Below, one piece after another: positions 13,190 to 25,549 of a DNA stretch of 64,000 nucleotides. The notes below the pieces were generated by a model. That model searched no databases and had not been told where the DNA came from. It saw nothing but the letters and a program-made list of their open reading frames with translations. The position numbers and the translations under genes were made by a program. The stretch's first letter is position 1, and every line of letters begins with the position of its first letter. The DNA comes from Pseudovirgaria hyperparasitica. Its lineage: Eukaryota. The stretch lies in NCBI GenBank assembly GCA_010093815.1, contig ML996568.1; one strand, 5' to 3'.

Positions 13190-14483
13190 CTAGTCCTATT
13201 TCTAAGTCTACCTCCTCCTCTCGCAAGACTTACTCTAAAGGGATTATCTCTACCCCGGCTATACTAGCTAAAAAATCCACTTATCGTAGTAGTATAAAGG
13301 CGCGCTCTAAGTTAGAGAAGAAGATAGCTAAGGCTACTACTACTATTATTACTAACGTGGCCACTAGTTACTCTAATCTAGGTAATTCTAGTACTAGTAT
13401 TACGGAAGAGATAGCTATAAAGCCTACCTATACCTACTCGCGCCGTCTATCTACTCTACCTCCTTTAGAGGATGAAGAAGATCTTATTATAGACGATAAT
13501 CGAGAGTTTACGCCTTCGCCACCTCGCTCTAAACGCCGTTTCTCTTTTTGGTCTAATATAGACTAACTTAGTCGCTCTAGGTCCTTTTAGGACCTTAATA
13601 TTCGCTCTAAACCTAGCCCTAGTAATAATAAGGCCTAGGTCGCTAAAGATACTAAACGTAGTCGTGGTTTACGCCATAGGAAAACGGCGAACTACGGTTT
13701 AATATGCTTTAAGTATATTAAGGCTTACGCTACCGGCTCTAAATATCTCTTCCGCTCTAACTCTAGTATTAGCTACTACTCTACTAACCGCGACGGGCCT
13801 ATACACCTAATCTTTAAGCTCCCTACCCGCTGCTACCGCTATACTATAACTAGTAAGACTTATCTATAGGTAAGTATAATAGGCTATCTTAATCTAGTAT
13901 AATCTAAAGTGGTCCGCGCTAATACATTCTTAGATTCCTATGCATATATAAGATATATATAACGACCTTCGCGTCCGCGAGACCCTCAGGGGTCCTTATA
14001 GCCATCTATCTACTATATAGAGAGAGTTTAGGGAGCGCTATAAGCTCTTTCTAGAGGTTATTAAAGTGTAAGTTATAAGTATATTAATTATTTTTAATAC
14101 CTATTAATTTTTCTAGCCGCCGCGAGATCCCTAGCGCCTAGGCTACCTATTCTAGAGAGTCTATCCTAGCTATAGAGGCCGTAGAGAGGATTTACTCTAT
14201 CCCTCTCTATCCGTCTCGCGCTACTAACGGATCTTATAAGAGGTCTACTATTTCTCCCTCTAAGTCGCCTTATAAGAGAGTATATATTCTATTCTAGATT
14301 ATTCTAGACCGTGTTAGCTAACTTTGGGTCTAGTCGCTCCGCTCTAGCGCTTAGTCGTCGTCTTACTAGACTCTAACTAAGCGCGTGGTTACTCTAGAGG
14401 ATAAGGTCTCTAATCTCTATCGCTCTATTACTTAGTTAGTTCGTTCGCTACGCTCTAAGAGTAATAATAAGATAGAGGAGTAG
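13190..14483 (+). pseudogene. Antisense two-intron passenger gene of D1, Zn-cluster-like Cys motif
   Basis: Introns 13870-13933 (GTAAGT..GCTAAT..TAG) and 14068-14116 (GTAAGT..TAG) keep one reading frame. ORF-track 13357-13566 is an in-frame remnant. Cys pattern at 13705-13863; the same structure is present in D2. Start approximate. Confidence 0.75.
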
Positions 14484-14749
14484 CTCTATAGCTCTGTTTG
14501 CTAGGGTTTCTATATAGTGTATATTAGCTCTATCTACCTAGTTTCTATCCGTTTTAGTCCTTTTTAGACCGTTTAGATACCTATCTACTAGTTTTCTAGT
14601 AATTTAATTCTTAACTTAATAATATTATATACGTTCTTATTTATTCTATAACTATTAAATTTTAGGTTCTAATTTCCTTTAAGTTACTTAAGTATAGGTA
14701 TCGTATATAAATTAGTTTATCTCTCTAAATTATATTAGAGTATCTAAAC

Positions 14750-14834
14750 TAGTGGCCTAGTGGTTATCGATTCGGGTACTCTAACCTTTTATATTATATA
14801 TTACGAGTTTAATTCCGTAGTAGGGTACCTTTTT
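14750..14834 (+). promoter_or_regulatory. tRNA-like Pol III A-box/B-box cassette with T-run inside D1
   Basis: TGGCCTAGTGG (14753-14763), GAGTTTAATTC (14805-14815; GTTCAATTCC in D2 at 36031), TTTTT (14830-14834). Confidence 0.6.
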
Positions 14835-14899
14835 AGTTTCTTAGTCCTATATTCTTCTCGTGTATAATAGTCTATATTAGTCTATTCTAGACTTCTCTA

Positions 14900-17800
14900 T
14901 ATTATTCTATTATAATGTATCGCGTCGCGTGCCTATAATAGTTATTTACGTTTTCTTCGCGTTTAGTAACCGTGCATCGCTTGAATTATAGGGCTGCCTT
15001 ATAGAGTTTTCCTAGTATGCGTTTGGGATTCGTGATTCGACACTTCGTTCTCTATGGTATCCTTCTTCTTTTTATAACGACCGCGACGTCGCTATACTTA
15101 TATTAATAATACGCTATTCTATATCTTTTGCTTATACGTAGCCATTATAGAACTTAAGATATATACCGCTAGTTTCTAGGTGTTCTCGTCCTTAGTATAG
15201 TCCTTCTAATAGATTCTATATTTCTAAATACCGTCTTTATCGATCCTATGTTTAATAATATGGTCTACTTCGAACACGTCTAGTCTATCTTAGAGTATAA
15301 TAGAGTGTAACTATACGTTCGTGCGGCCATACATGTTAGGTCGAAATCTTTCGAGTAGTAAGACGTGGAACACGTTATAGATTCTTATATCGCTTTCTAA
15401 GTCGAGCTCGTAGGCTCTTATACCGATATAACGTTTAATTCGAAAGGGACTAGCTATTTTATAATCGAGCTTCTTATTTACTCGTAACGTTCATATATTA
15501 TAAACATTAAGAAGGACCTCGTCGCTCTCCTCGTACGTCTAATCCTTAGCTAACCTATTATAGTACTTTGTATACGAGTCGTTTACTTATTAGATTATAG
15601 CGCGATAGTTACGTACGGTTTTAAAGATTTTAATTACTAATTTCTAAGCGTGGACGTTCACGTCTATTATTCGATTAAATTAGACCGTCTAAGGCTTAAA
15701 ACCTATCCTTAGACTACGTCCGAGGTTCGCCTAGAAAGGTATAATATCTATTATACTATAACGACTATTATTATATATAAACTCTACTATACTTAGTAGG
15801 GAGGCCTAGTTATCCTACTCGAAATTATAGAATGCGCGTAGGTAGGCCTCGAGCGTCTAGTTCTATTACTCTATCTAGCTATCCGTCTAAGAATAAAATA
15901 CTATAGATATATTTCTATTTATACTTACTATTTTATAGAATAACGTCTAGAATTTAGACGTGAAGGTACTTCCTCGGTCCGTAACGATCCTTTTTAGTAT
16001 ACCATGGACCTTAATAATCTCGTTCTAGAACACCTACGCTAGTTCTTTAGATATAATCGTCTTCTATACCGGGATATATCTAGATATCTTTATAAGTCTA
16101 TCCACGATAATAAGAATAGAATTATAACTTATTCTAAGTATCTCGCTTAGAGATAAGTTAACTATAAAATCTATAGTAACGTCTTTCTATATAAAGAGAG
16201 GGACTAAAAGAGGCTATAAATTCCTATATGGCTTATACCTAGGGGCCTTCGTTCTTTAATAAATCGGATAAGTAGCTATCTATTCTTCGACGTACTTAGA
16301 TATATCTTTCTAAAAATAGTACTAATGAATTAAGCTTAGGGTACGTATATACCTAAAGTATTCTACTAGGTTAGTATTATAGTATTAGCTAACTACGTTA
16401 AATCGCGCGTTACCCGTTAGTATATAGTACTTTCTATTATAGTAAAGTAAGCCGTCCACGAAGGCCTACTTATAGTCTACTTTAGTCTATAATAACCTAT
16501 CTTACTATATTTTACGTAACTTTAAAACTATCGGGTCTATCTTCTATAGATCTATAATTAACTAGGCGAGGTTAATTAGATATTCACGCTAGGTATTATC
16601 GCCCTTCCCGATAGCGCTAATAAACGGTCTACTAGGGACTTCGGTACCGCGTCTTTAGTTACCGGCTTCGGTCTTAGAGATTCGATTACCGGTATTAACG
16701 TTAGCATCTCGCTAATCGCCTAATAACTTAAAATCTAACCTCGTCCTTAAGAGTTAGGCCTATAGCTACTCTAGGACCCTATAGCTACTATAATCCTAGG
16801 CGCCTTCTTTATAGTTAGGTCTTCTTAATATTCTATTAGCTAGATTTATACTTCTAGGTTAATAATAGATTATAAAGTAAAAGTTTATAAGCTACTTAGT
16901 CTATTAGACCTATCGACGGTTTAAAACCGTTATGCTTATAAACCCCTTTAAGTTATAGTAATTAGTTAGTAACTTAACGTTATATATAGTACCTTTAAGA
17001 TAATGTCGCTACTATTTAAACGACTCTACTATTACTAGTAGCTCTTGGTTATAGATAGTATATCTAGTCTTAATATCGACTATTTTACGTGAGAAGAACG
17101 TAACTAGATACTATTAGACCTTTTTAGACTTAGTTAGTCTAGGCTAGAAGAGAATACCTAAGATTATAAATCCTAACGCGTTAGTTTTAACGCGGATAGA
17201 TTTAGTTAGATCGAAGTGCACTAGTAATAGAGTAGTTATAAATGCCTCTTTAATTTTCTCGAAGGATATTCTTTCGACCTTAGTTAATTTAATAGGTTAT
17301 AATTTAATATTATACTATTTCTATCCACTACGGACCGTAATAGACGAGTTAGTAGTAGTAGTACACGTATTAAGTAGTGCGGCTAAACGGGAGAAGTACT
17401 TAACGAATTTTCGGTAGTAATTAGCGAATCTAATAAAGATACGTATATCTTAAACCGATTTTAGTTTAGGCCAGTCTATGATAGTAGCGACTCTATCCCT
17501 TTCTATAGTTATACCTTAATTAGTAATAACGAAGCTAAGGAAGTTAATATGGTCCTAGTGGAACTCGCATTTAGATAGCTTAATATATAGCTTATATTTT
17601 TCTAGCCTATCTAGAACTACGCGTACGTGCTAGATATATTCTTCTTCGTTATTAGAGAAGATAAGGATGTTATTAAGGTATATAATGCACGTCATATCGA
17701 GTAGGCCTACTAGCGCGTTATTAATGTACGCTTAGAAGGTTCCTAGCGTATTAGTTAGTCTAAAAGGAACTACTATATACTCGAAGTGTCTATAACGGGT

Positions 17801-20181
17801 CCTAAACACCGTTTTCTACTTATCGCCCTTCTTAATATATAGGCGGTAGTAGGCGTCGCGTAGATCGAGCTTAGTAAAGATCTTTATATACCCTAGTCTA
17901 TTAATAGACTCGGAGATAAGAGGTAGTAGATAATGATTCTTTCGCGTGATATTATTTAGGCTATAGTAGTCGATATATAGACGGAGACTCCTATTCTTCT
18001 TCTTTATAAAGAGGATTAGAGCTCCGGCTAGAGATATACTAGGCCTAATCTATCCTCGTGTAAGGTTCTTTTCGATATATTCTTAGAGGACCTATAGCTC
18101 GGGTTCTAATAGAGGGTAGATAGGTCCGTATAGGGGTTATTAACCGTCTTTAAGGTTAATAGTAAGGTTAGTAGATTAGTATTAAGGTAATTCGGACGAG
18201 TCAATCGCTAACACGATATGTTAGTACATTTTATACTAATATAGTAGGTTTTTATCTACTTTAATACTAAGCTCTCTATTTTAAGTAAGTAAGAGGACGT
18301 AGATAGCGGAGATTACCTTTTCGTAGTTCTTCTAGAATTATTCGTCGTCGACTAGCTATACTAGGTTCTATTATAGTAGATATATACGCTAGCCAGCTGT
18401 TTTCTAGATGAAGTCTAGTTTCGGGTTATATTTTTCGAGCTATAGTATACTAAGGATCATATTAAAGGGACTATCTACTACGATAAAGGTTAAGTAGTAG
18501 GGTTTCTACTTCCCCCCGCTATCCTAGATACTATATTTAATAGTATAGGTACCCTATAATTTAATAGGACTATCGATGCTATAGAAGGTAGTATCTATTA
18601 GTACTTAAATGTTAACGTTAAGTTCTTATACTCGTTAAGTCGATATAATGTTAGTAGCTAAACTACTATCGAGTATTACGGTCTAATGTTATCTACGAGG
18701 GACCTTAATAGGTCTAGCCTATAGTTCGATATACTATTTAGCGGATTACCCCTCTATTATAGTCGCGCCTATAAGTCGCGAGGGTTTCTTATAGGCTATT
18801 AGTTTTTTATGTTCTATGCTAGATAGTTAGGCGCGATATATTCTAGCTACTAGCACTTATAGTATATAACTAGTTAGTTAGTTATATTAGCACTCGGTGG
18901 CTTCCCTAAATAGTACTTAGATACTATATAGCCTATTCTACTATAGGTATAGTAAGTGACTTTAGGTTATTTATACGAGTTAGTCCTCGCATCTTAATAT
19001 ATTAATTAGTAGGGAGATCCACGATACGATCCGCGTGGTTTTGAATTTAAGGCGTGGTAGTAGCCTTATAACGTCCCGCGAGATCTATTACTAAATCGGT
19101 TTTAGTTAGATAATTTTATATTAGATTAGATTATTAGGGATAGTCGTACACTAGCGCGGCGTTAATTATTTATTATATACTAGTATCGCTCCGCGAGGTT
19201 TATAAGAGCTTAGAGGTCTATAGGGATTATTATTATAAGGTCGAGACGGTTCTTTATATTTAGGGTAAGGGACCGTTTAAAGTCGTCGTACTATCGAATT
19301 ATACAATCTTCTTCGGCTTCTCTCTAGAGAGGCCGAAGGTATTTAAGGAGGTATAATGGTAACTAATTATCTCGTTATCGAGTCTCGAAGATATGGCCCT
19401 AGGCCTAGTTACGTCGTTTAGCTCTATCGCTAAAATATTAGAGGAGAAATTCGGTGAACGTGTCCTAGTTATAGATATCCTTAGAATATTTAATTCGGTA
19501 TACTATCTAACGTTCTAAAGGCGTTAGGTCGAGGTAGTTCTAGGCGAATCTAATTTTATCGCTATCGTTCGTAAATAGATAGAAGAATCGGCTATATTAG
19601 TAAGCCTATATATGGAAACTCTTTCTACTTTTACTATCGAAGTAAGGTGGTTTCTTAGGTCGGGGTAATTAGGATAGTAGTAGACTAGGATAGATTATTT
19701 TAGTTGGTATAGGTCCATATAAATATAGATTAGTCGTTACTAGAACTAAAGTATATAATATAGCTTTAAGTCTCGTAGTACGTTCTCGAGCTTCGTTAAG
19801 TTCGCGTAGTTATTACTCGAGTTAAATCTATTGTTACCTCTCTTCGTATAGTCTAGTATATATATCGTTATAAGGTGTAGTTAATATTAGGCGATTCTAA
19901 CGGATTAACTCGTTAACGTTAATAAGGTCTAGCCTTATATTAAGGTTAGGTCTAGTATAGTTCGAACTAGACCGAGATAGAGTATAATAGACTCTATCCT
20001 CGTATTCTATAATATCTTCTATAGTTATACGGAATGTTATGCGAGTTATTAGTACGATAGCCTATAAGGTATAGTTATTAGTAGGGGTAGTTATAGATAG
20101 ACTATTCTCCTCGTTTAGGTTAGGAGAAGGTCTACTATAAGAGGTGGTGCCACGAGTGTTATAACGAGTGGTTAGAGCCAT
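14900..20181 (-). pseudogene. pol: RIPed gag-pol of D1 (PR, RT, RNase H, IN, chromodomain)
   Basis: ATG at 20181; protease LDSG-like (~18670); RT YLDDILIF-like (~17670); RNase H TDA(S)GF-like (~17180); integrase VTDRGSTF (~15980); chromodomain WKDY.KDENTWE-like (~15190). End approximate. Confidence 0.92.
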
Positions 20182-21919
20182 TTCTATAAACTACCGTCGT
20201 GCTATATAAAGAGGAATTAAAATATAAGGATTATAGACATAGGATAGTAGTCTAATAGGTCATAGGAGGATTCGGGAATATATTTAAAAGGGTAGTCTAC
20301 TCTTCTAACGAGGTTAATTTCTAAAGAGTAGAAATTAAGTGTATACGGTCTACTTATATAGTAGTCTCGCTTATTCTAGCTAACTTACCCTAGATCCACC
20401 TGTCACGGACCGTACTAGACCATAGTATTCTAGTTAAGTCTATCCTAGTGTTAGCCCTAACAGCCGGGCTCTAATAATCTAGCTATATATTACTATAGTT
20501 ATCGCTTTCTATTATATACCGCTTATAGTAGTACTAAATCTATAATATATAGTACTTATATAACTAAGAAGTATTATTATTTATAGATATTTAAATAGGT
20601 TTAAAGAGCTTTACGTAGATTTACTTATATTAGTATAGATTATTATTAGATCTCTAGTAACCTCTACTAATAAGAAGTATAGTACTACTAATTATAACGC
20701 CTTAGAGAAGGCTTTCTATAATTTATATATCTATAGTAAGGAGTACGTCTAGAAGTATAATTCTAATATAATCTATAAAAATTTATTAGAATATACTATA
20801 GCTATTATTACTATAATTACTAGATAATATTATTTTTCTTAAATTATTATAGATTCTTACTAATATATATTAATTTCTATAATAGTACTAAGATCTCTAC
20901 TACTTTAGACTTCTTTCTCTATACTAGAGATATTAAAATTCCTAGAAATAGTTCTAGAGAAAAGGCTAAGGTTCCTTTCTTACGTATACTAAAGAGCTAT
21001 AAATTTAGAGAAGATAGCTCTAATCTAGAAGTTTCTATACTAAAGATATATAGTTCTATATGTAATGGATATGACTAAGGTATTACTATAATAGTAATTA
21101 AGATATATTATAATTTAACTTAGAGAGAGTAGAGATAAGCCCGTATAGTTATAGCTTTAAGTATAGTCTTAAGTAAGGTCACGTAATACCTCTATACTAG
21201 TCTCTATCTATCCCGGCTCTATTATATAATACTAGAGATAAGGTAAAGCCGAAGTCCATAATATACTCTTATTCTCTAGAATTATTCTAGGGACCGGCTT
21301 AGTATTTTATATAATAATAACCGGGCTCGGTTAGGTCTTAGGTTTATAGTCTTTATATTATACTATTGTAATAAGCCATTGCTACGTATATCCCTTTTAT
21401 AAATGGCTATATTCTTAGTATAGTAGTCGCGACGAACTTACAAGTATCTCTCCTAGGTATTATAAGTTCTCTTTAAACGTACGACTTCTTATTAGTTCTC
21501 TTTTACGATAGGACGGGTCTATATAATACTCTTAATTAATTTATTAATAGCTAAGTCTAATAATTAATACCCATAGAGGCCTATAAACGTAAGGAAAGGT
21601 TGAATTATTAAATATTAGTAATGGGGGAAGCGCGCTAAGCAGAATGACCAAGGAAAACGCCCTCCTTAAATATATAATAAGCTATATAATTAAGCTAGGG
21701 ATATATATATATAGGGCTATAGGAACGGCCTTCTATATATACCTCCCCGGCCTATAGAACTACTACCCTTAGTAGTATAGTAACCGTATAAGAAACCGTG
21801 TAAAGAACGCCTAAAAGAAAGACCTTAATATAAATAAAATGCGCCCCTAGTAAACCTTTCGGCGCGGGTAAACCTTAGCCCGGATTATTAGTTAAGGGCA
21901 GCCCTTAACTAATAATTAG

Positions 21920-24872
21920 GTAGGTTTTTAGGCGCCTAATCTTAGTACTTAAGATCGCGAGCCAGCTCCTAAAGAATTATATTACTTATCTTAGAGAGGT
22001 TAGATTCCTCCTTATCGGATAGTTCGTTAGGCCTCTCCTATCTATAGAAGTTCTCTTTAATGTTATCTAGGCCCGCGTTAGGCTCGAATTTCTTTAAATT
22101 AATTAGCCGCTTAGCGGCGCGCGCCTTATTAAATTCCTTCTAGAACGACCTATCCCTATAGACTAGCCTTTTCTACCTTACTATTTTCTTAAAGGTCTCC
22201 ACGAATACCCTCGAGCCCTCCTTAAACTAGGCGTCTATCTTAGCTTTAAGTTATTAAGGACTTATATTAAGCCACGTAGCTACCTCTTCTTTTACCTTCT
22301 AGCTATTCTATCTTTTATAGCTAACTAATACGTTACTAACGGCGTTAAAACTCGGGAGTTAAACTACGGCTAGAAAGGTAAAAGGAATCGCGCTATATTT
22401 ATTAGAAAATTCTAACGGAGACGTAGGTCCCGGAGTTAAATTCCTATAAGCTACTGCGAGTTATTCCTATATATCTATTTTAGGTACTTCCATTATTATA
22501 TGATTAGGGCCAATCGCGATATACTATAGAAGTATTATATATCTTCTACCCTTTATAGAACCCTAGGCGCCGTGTATTATTAGTAGGCTAGAGATATATA
22601 CTTTAAGGGACTAGTAGGGGACTAGGACGAAGGGACTAAATCGTTTCCTATCGTCCGTATTATAGATCTTATCGTTAATAGCTATAATTATACTATTTTA
22701 ATTAACCCCCTCGCGGAGCTTAGCCTTCGACTACTATTTATTTAAGAACTTATAGAAGCGGGGAATGATTATAGTATAGTCGTTACTTTATTCGTCGTCG
22801 AGACTAATACTCCCTTAGATTATATTAAACCCGTGTCTATCGCTAGAATCGAGGATTTGATTAATAGTATTATCGAGATACTTAAAACCCGTCTTATCGC
22901 CTCTATCCCAGGACTTCGCATAGTACGGGTACGAGATTAGATAGTAGTTAAGATTAGGCCGAAGAGCGATATAGGTGAGCTAGTAAAGTAGGTATTACCT
23001 AATAAACTATTAGATATAGGAGTGGTATATAGTTCGTAGCTAGCCGTAGTTCGATTTCTTATTAAACATACGCTGGTAGTACTTATATATATTAAATTCA
23101 TCCCTCGCGAGTTCTAGAATACTCTTATTAAGTATAGAGGTCGTCTTTTTAAGTAGCTCGAAGAGCCCTTTAATATTAATACTTCTAGTACGTTCCTACT
23201 CGTCGAAGAGTTATCTATCTATTCTACTATCCTCCTTCTAAATTATAAATGCGATACTAGTAAGGATAGTTTTAATATTAATAACTTACTTCGGGGTCTC
23301 TAGGGCCTAGTAACGATAGATACCTAATGCCTCTATCGGATAAGGTAGCCGCGCGTACTTCGCGAACTAGGTATAGTAGTTCTTATAAACTTTAAGGGCC
23401 CCCACGTTATCTCTAAACTTATATACTATTTTAAGTCTCGCTACTAGGTTTAAGTAGGACATACTAACGAGTATATTATTCTTTCTAGCCACGTCTTAGT
23501 AATACTTATAGTAGACTTTATACGGAATAGCCATGTTACCTATCTACGCTTTCTAGTGTACTAGTAGGGCTATTCTCTTAATACTCGTGAAATTCTTCTT
23601 TAATAATATAGCTACCTTAAAAGTCTTCGTTACTAAAGGCGCGTATTAATACTTCTTAGGCTTATCCTCTTCCTTAACCGATACTATTATCTTAGAGTAC
23701 GAACTAAGAATAACCGGGGATTATCGTATAGGCGCCCCTAGTAATTACTAAGGGCTAGTAGATAAGGCATATCCGCGAGTAGGTTTTATCGGCGTGGCTA
23801 TAATAGATACTAAAGACGTTCTTATATAGTCTAGTAAGGGACGTTTACTAGTAGTAGTAGGAGGAATACTTACTTTAAATAGACGACTAGCTTCGAAGAG
23901 ACGACGTACTACTAAACTAGAAGGCGTGCTTTATAGAGGGGACTTTACCACGGGCGTTACCTACGCTAGTTTTAGTAATAGTAAGGTCTAAGGCGGAGGC
24001 GATGCACTCATCTCTTTAATTTATAGATAGTATTCGACGGGCCTATAAACCATTCTACTTATCTATAATAACTATTAACTAGCGGGGATAATAAGTCCCG
24101 TCTTATTATAGAACGTTAGTTTATTTTATTAGCTAGGGTAGTTCGAGAGTTACTAGAGAGATAGACCGTCCTTATTACTATTACTAGCTAGGGCGGTATC
24201 GATATTAGAGCTCTAAAGATATACCTTAATTCTCCTTCCCTTCTATCCCTAGCCGATTCGGGACCATAGGGATACGTTTAACTAGTTCCTTACTCTCGCC
24301 CATGTCCGCACTTATAAGAGCGCTACTAGCTTTTCTATAAAGTTCTATGTTTACTAGAGCTATCCGAGAGCGGATTAGAGTAACTAGCCATCGTTATTAG
24401 AGAGGTCTTTTTACTAGTTTTATAGGATTATATTTTTAGCTTTTAGGATACGGGAGTTAGTATCTCTTCTATAATAAATTATCTCGTGGACTTCTTTCGG
24501 AATAGAGGAGTTAATCTTTACCTTACTATACTCTATTACGGCTTCTACTTCCTAGAAGAGGTTAACTATACTACTTAAGAGCTATTCTATAAGGCTAGTA
24601 ATATAAAGGAGATTATTAAACGTGTCTAGAATATAGTCCTATCGCTCTTACGGGTTCTAGATAGCGATAATTCGGTTAATAGTAGACTTATTTATTTCTA
24701 TAGCTTCTATAGCCTATCTATACGGAGTAGTAGATGGCCTTAATACTACGATAGCCGTCGATAGCCCTACTTTAGTACTTACGACTCTTAACTAGGACCG
24801 TATCTATCTTATTAGTGCTTAATAATCTTATAACTCTTTATAAGTAGGCGTTTTCTTCTTTAGCGGGGCTAT
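21920..24872 (-). pseudogene. Passenger ORF of F1, putative 2OG-Fe(II) dioxygenase (RIPed)
   Basis: Reads LISYPYYAKSWDRGDKTGFK(Y<H)LD... and IHGA (CAC intact at 22572-22574). Colinear with 45804-48760; stop position uncertain because of RIP. Confidence 0.7.
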
Positions 24873-25549
24873 TATTATTATTAGTTCTATTAGTAAGTTA
24901 CATTCTAAGAAGAGATAGTTTAAGTAAGGCGGAAGTAGAGGAGGAGATTTTATTAATTAAGAAGATATAGAGAGGTATAAGAGGGAAGAGTTATATACTA
25001 TCTTAAGTTCTCTTTTTATGCCTCCTCGAATGCCGGGTATATAGTAATTTTTATAAATGATCCTTACTAACGGCTATAGGCCCGTATACGTGTCGAATCT
25101 ATAAATAAATATATACTAGATATATAGGAAATCTATAAATGAATATATCTACCGGGTATATAGCGGAATCTATAAATAAATAGATACCGGGTATATTCTT
25201 ATCCTTATAAGACTTCCTATAAGTATCTTTTTCTCTTATACCTCCTCCTTCTTTTCTTTCTTATTAGTTTCTAATAGGGCCCGTTCTATAGTAACGAAAT
25301 AGGCCTTTAATAGATAGGCTTCGATTACACGACCGGTTTCAATATATAGTAGGTGGAATTTCGTGTAAACGCCATTATATCTTCTTTCGAGCATTACTTA
25401 CTTTAATAATAGGTTTTATTATTTTATAGTAATAATAGGATTTATTATCCTCTTTCGATAATAGAGTTTATTATTATAAGACTACTTTTATAAGTATCCC
25501 TTCTCTCCTTAAAAAAACTTCTATCCCCTAGAAGGAGATATCGATTCTA

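Larger units (their letters stand above)
12453..20462 (-). mobile_element. Full-length chromoviral Ty3/Gypsy element D1 (8,010 bp; 240-bp LTRs 12453-12692 and 20223-20462)
   Basis: 5-bp TSD GCCGG (12448-12452 / 20463-20467), TG..CA LTR termini after de-RIP, PPT at 12693, gag-pol on the minus strand. Confidence 0.96.
11616..21060 (-). mobile_element. Family C copy 1, 3' portion (3' LTR 11616-11843; internal 11844-12452 and 20468-21060), split by D1 and cut by E
   Basis: The LTR matches 54993-55220 and 61921-62148, with an adjacent PPT (attatcccctttc on +). The internal sequence is colinear with 55221-56420 once D1 is removed. Confidence 0.9.

Noticed and set aside
21061..21226. Solo LTR
   Set aside because: The flanks CTATA/TAATA do not match and C1 sequence does not resume afterwards.
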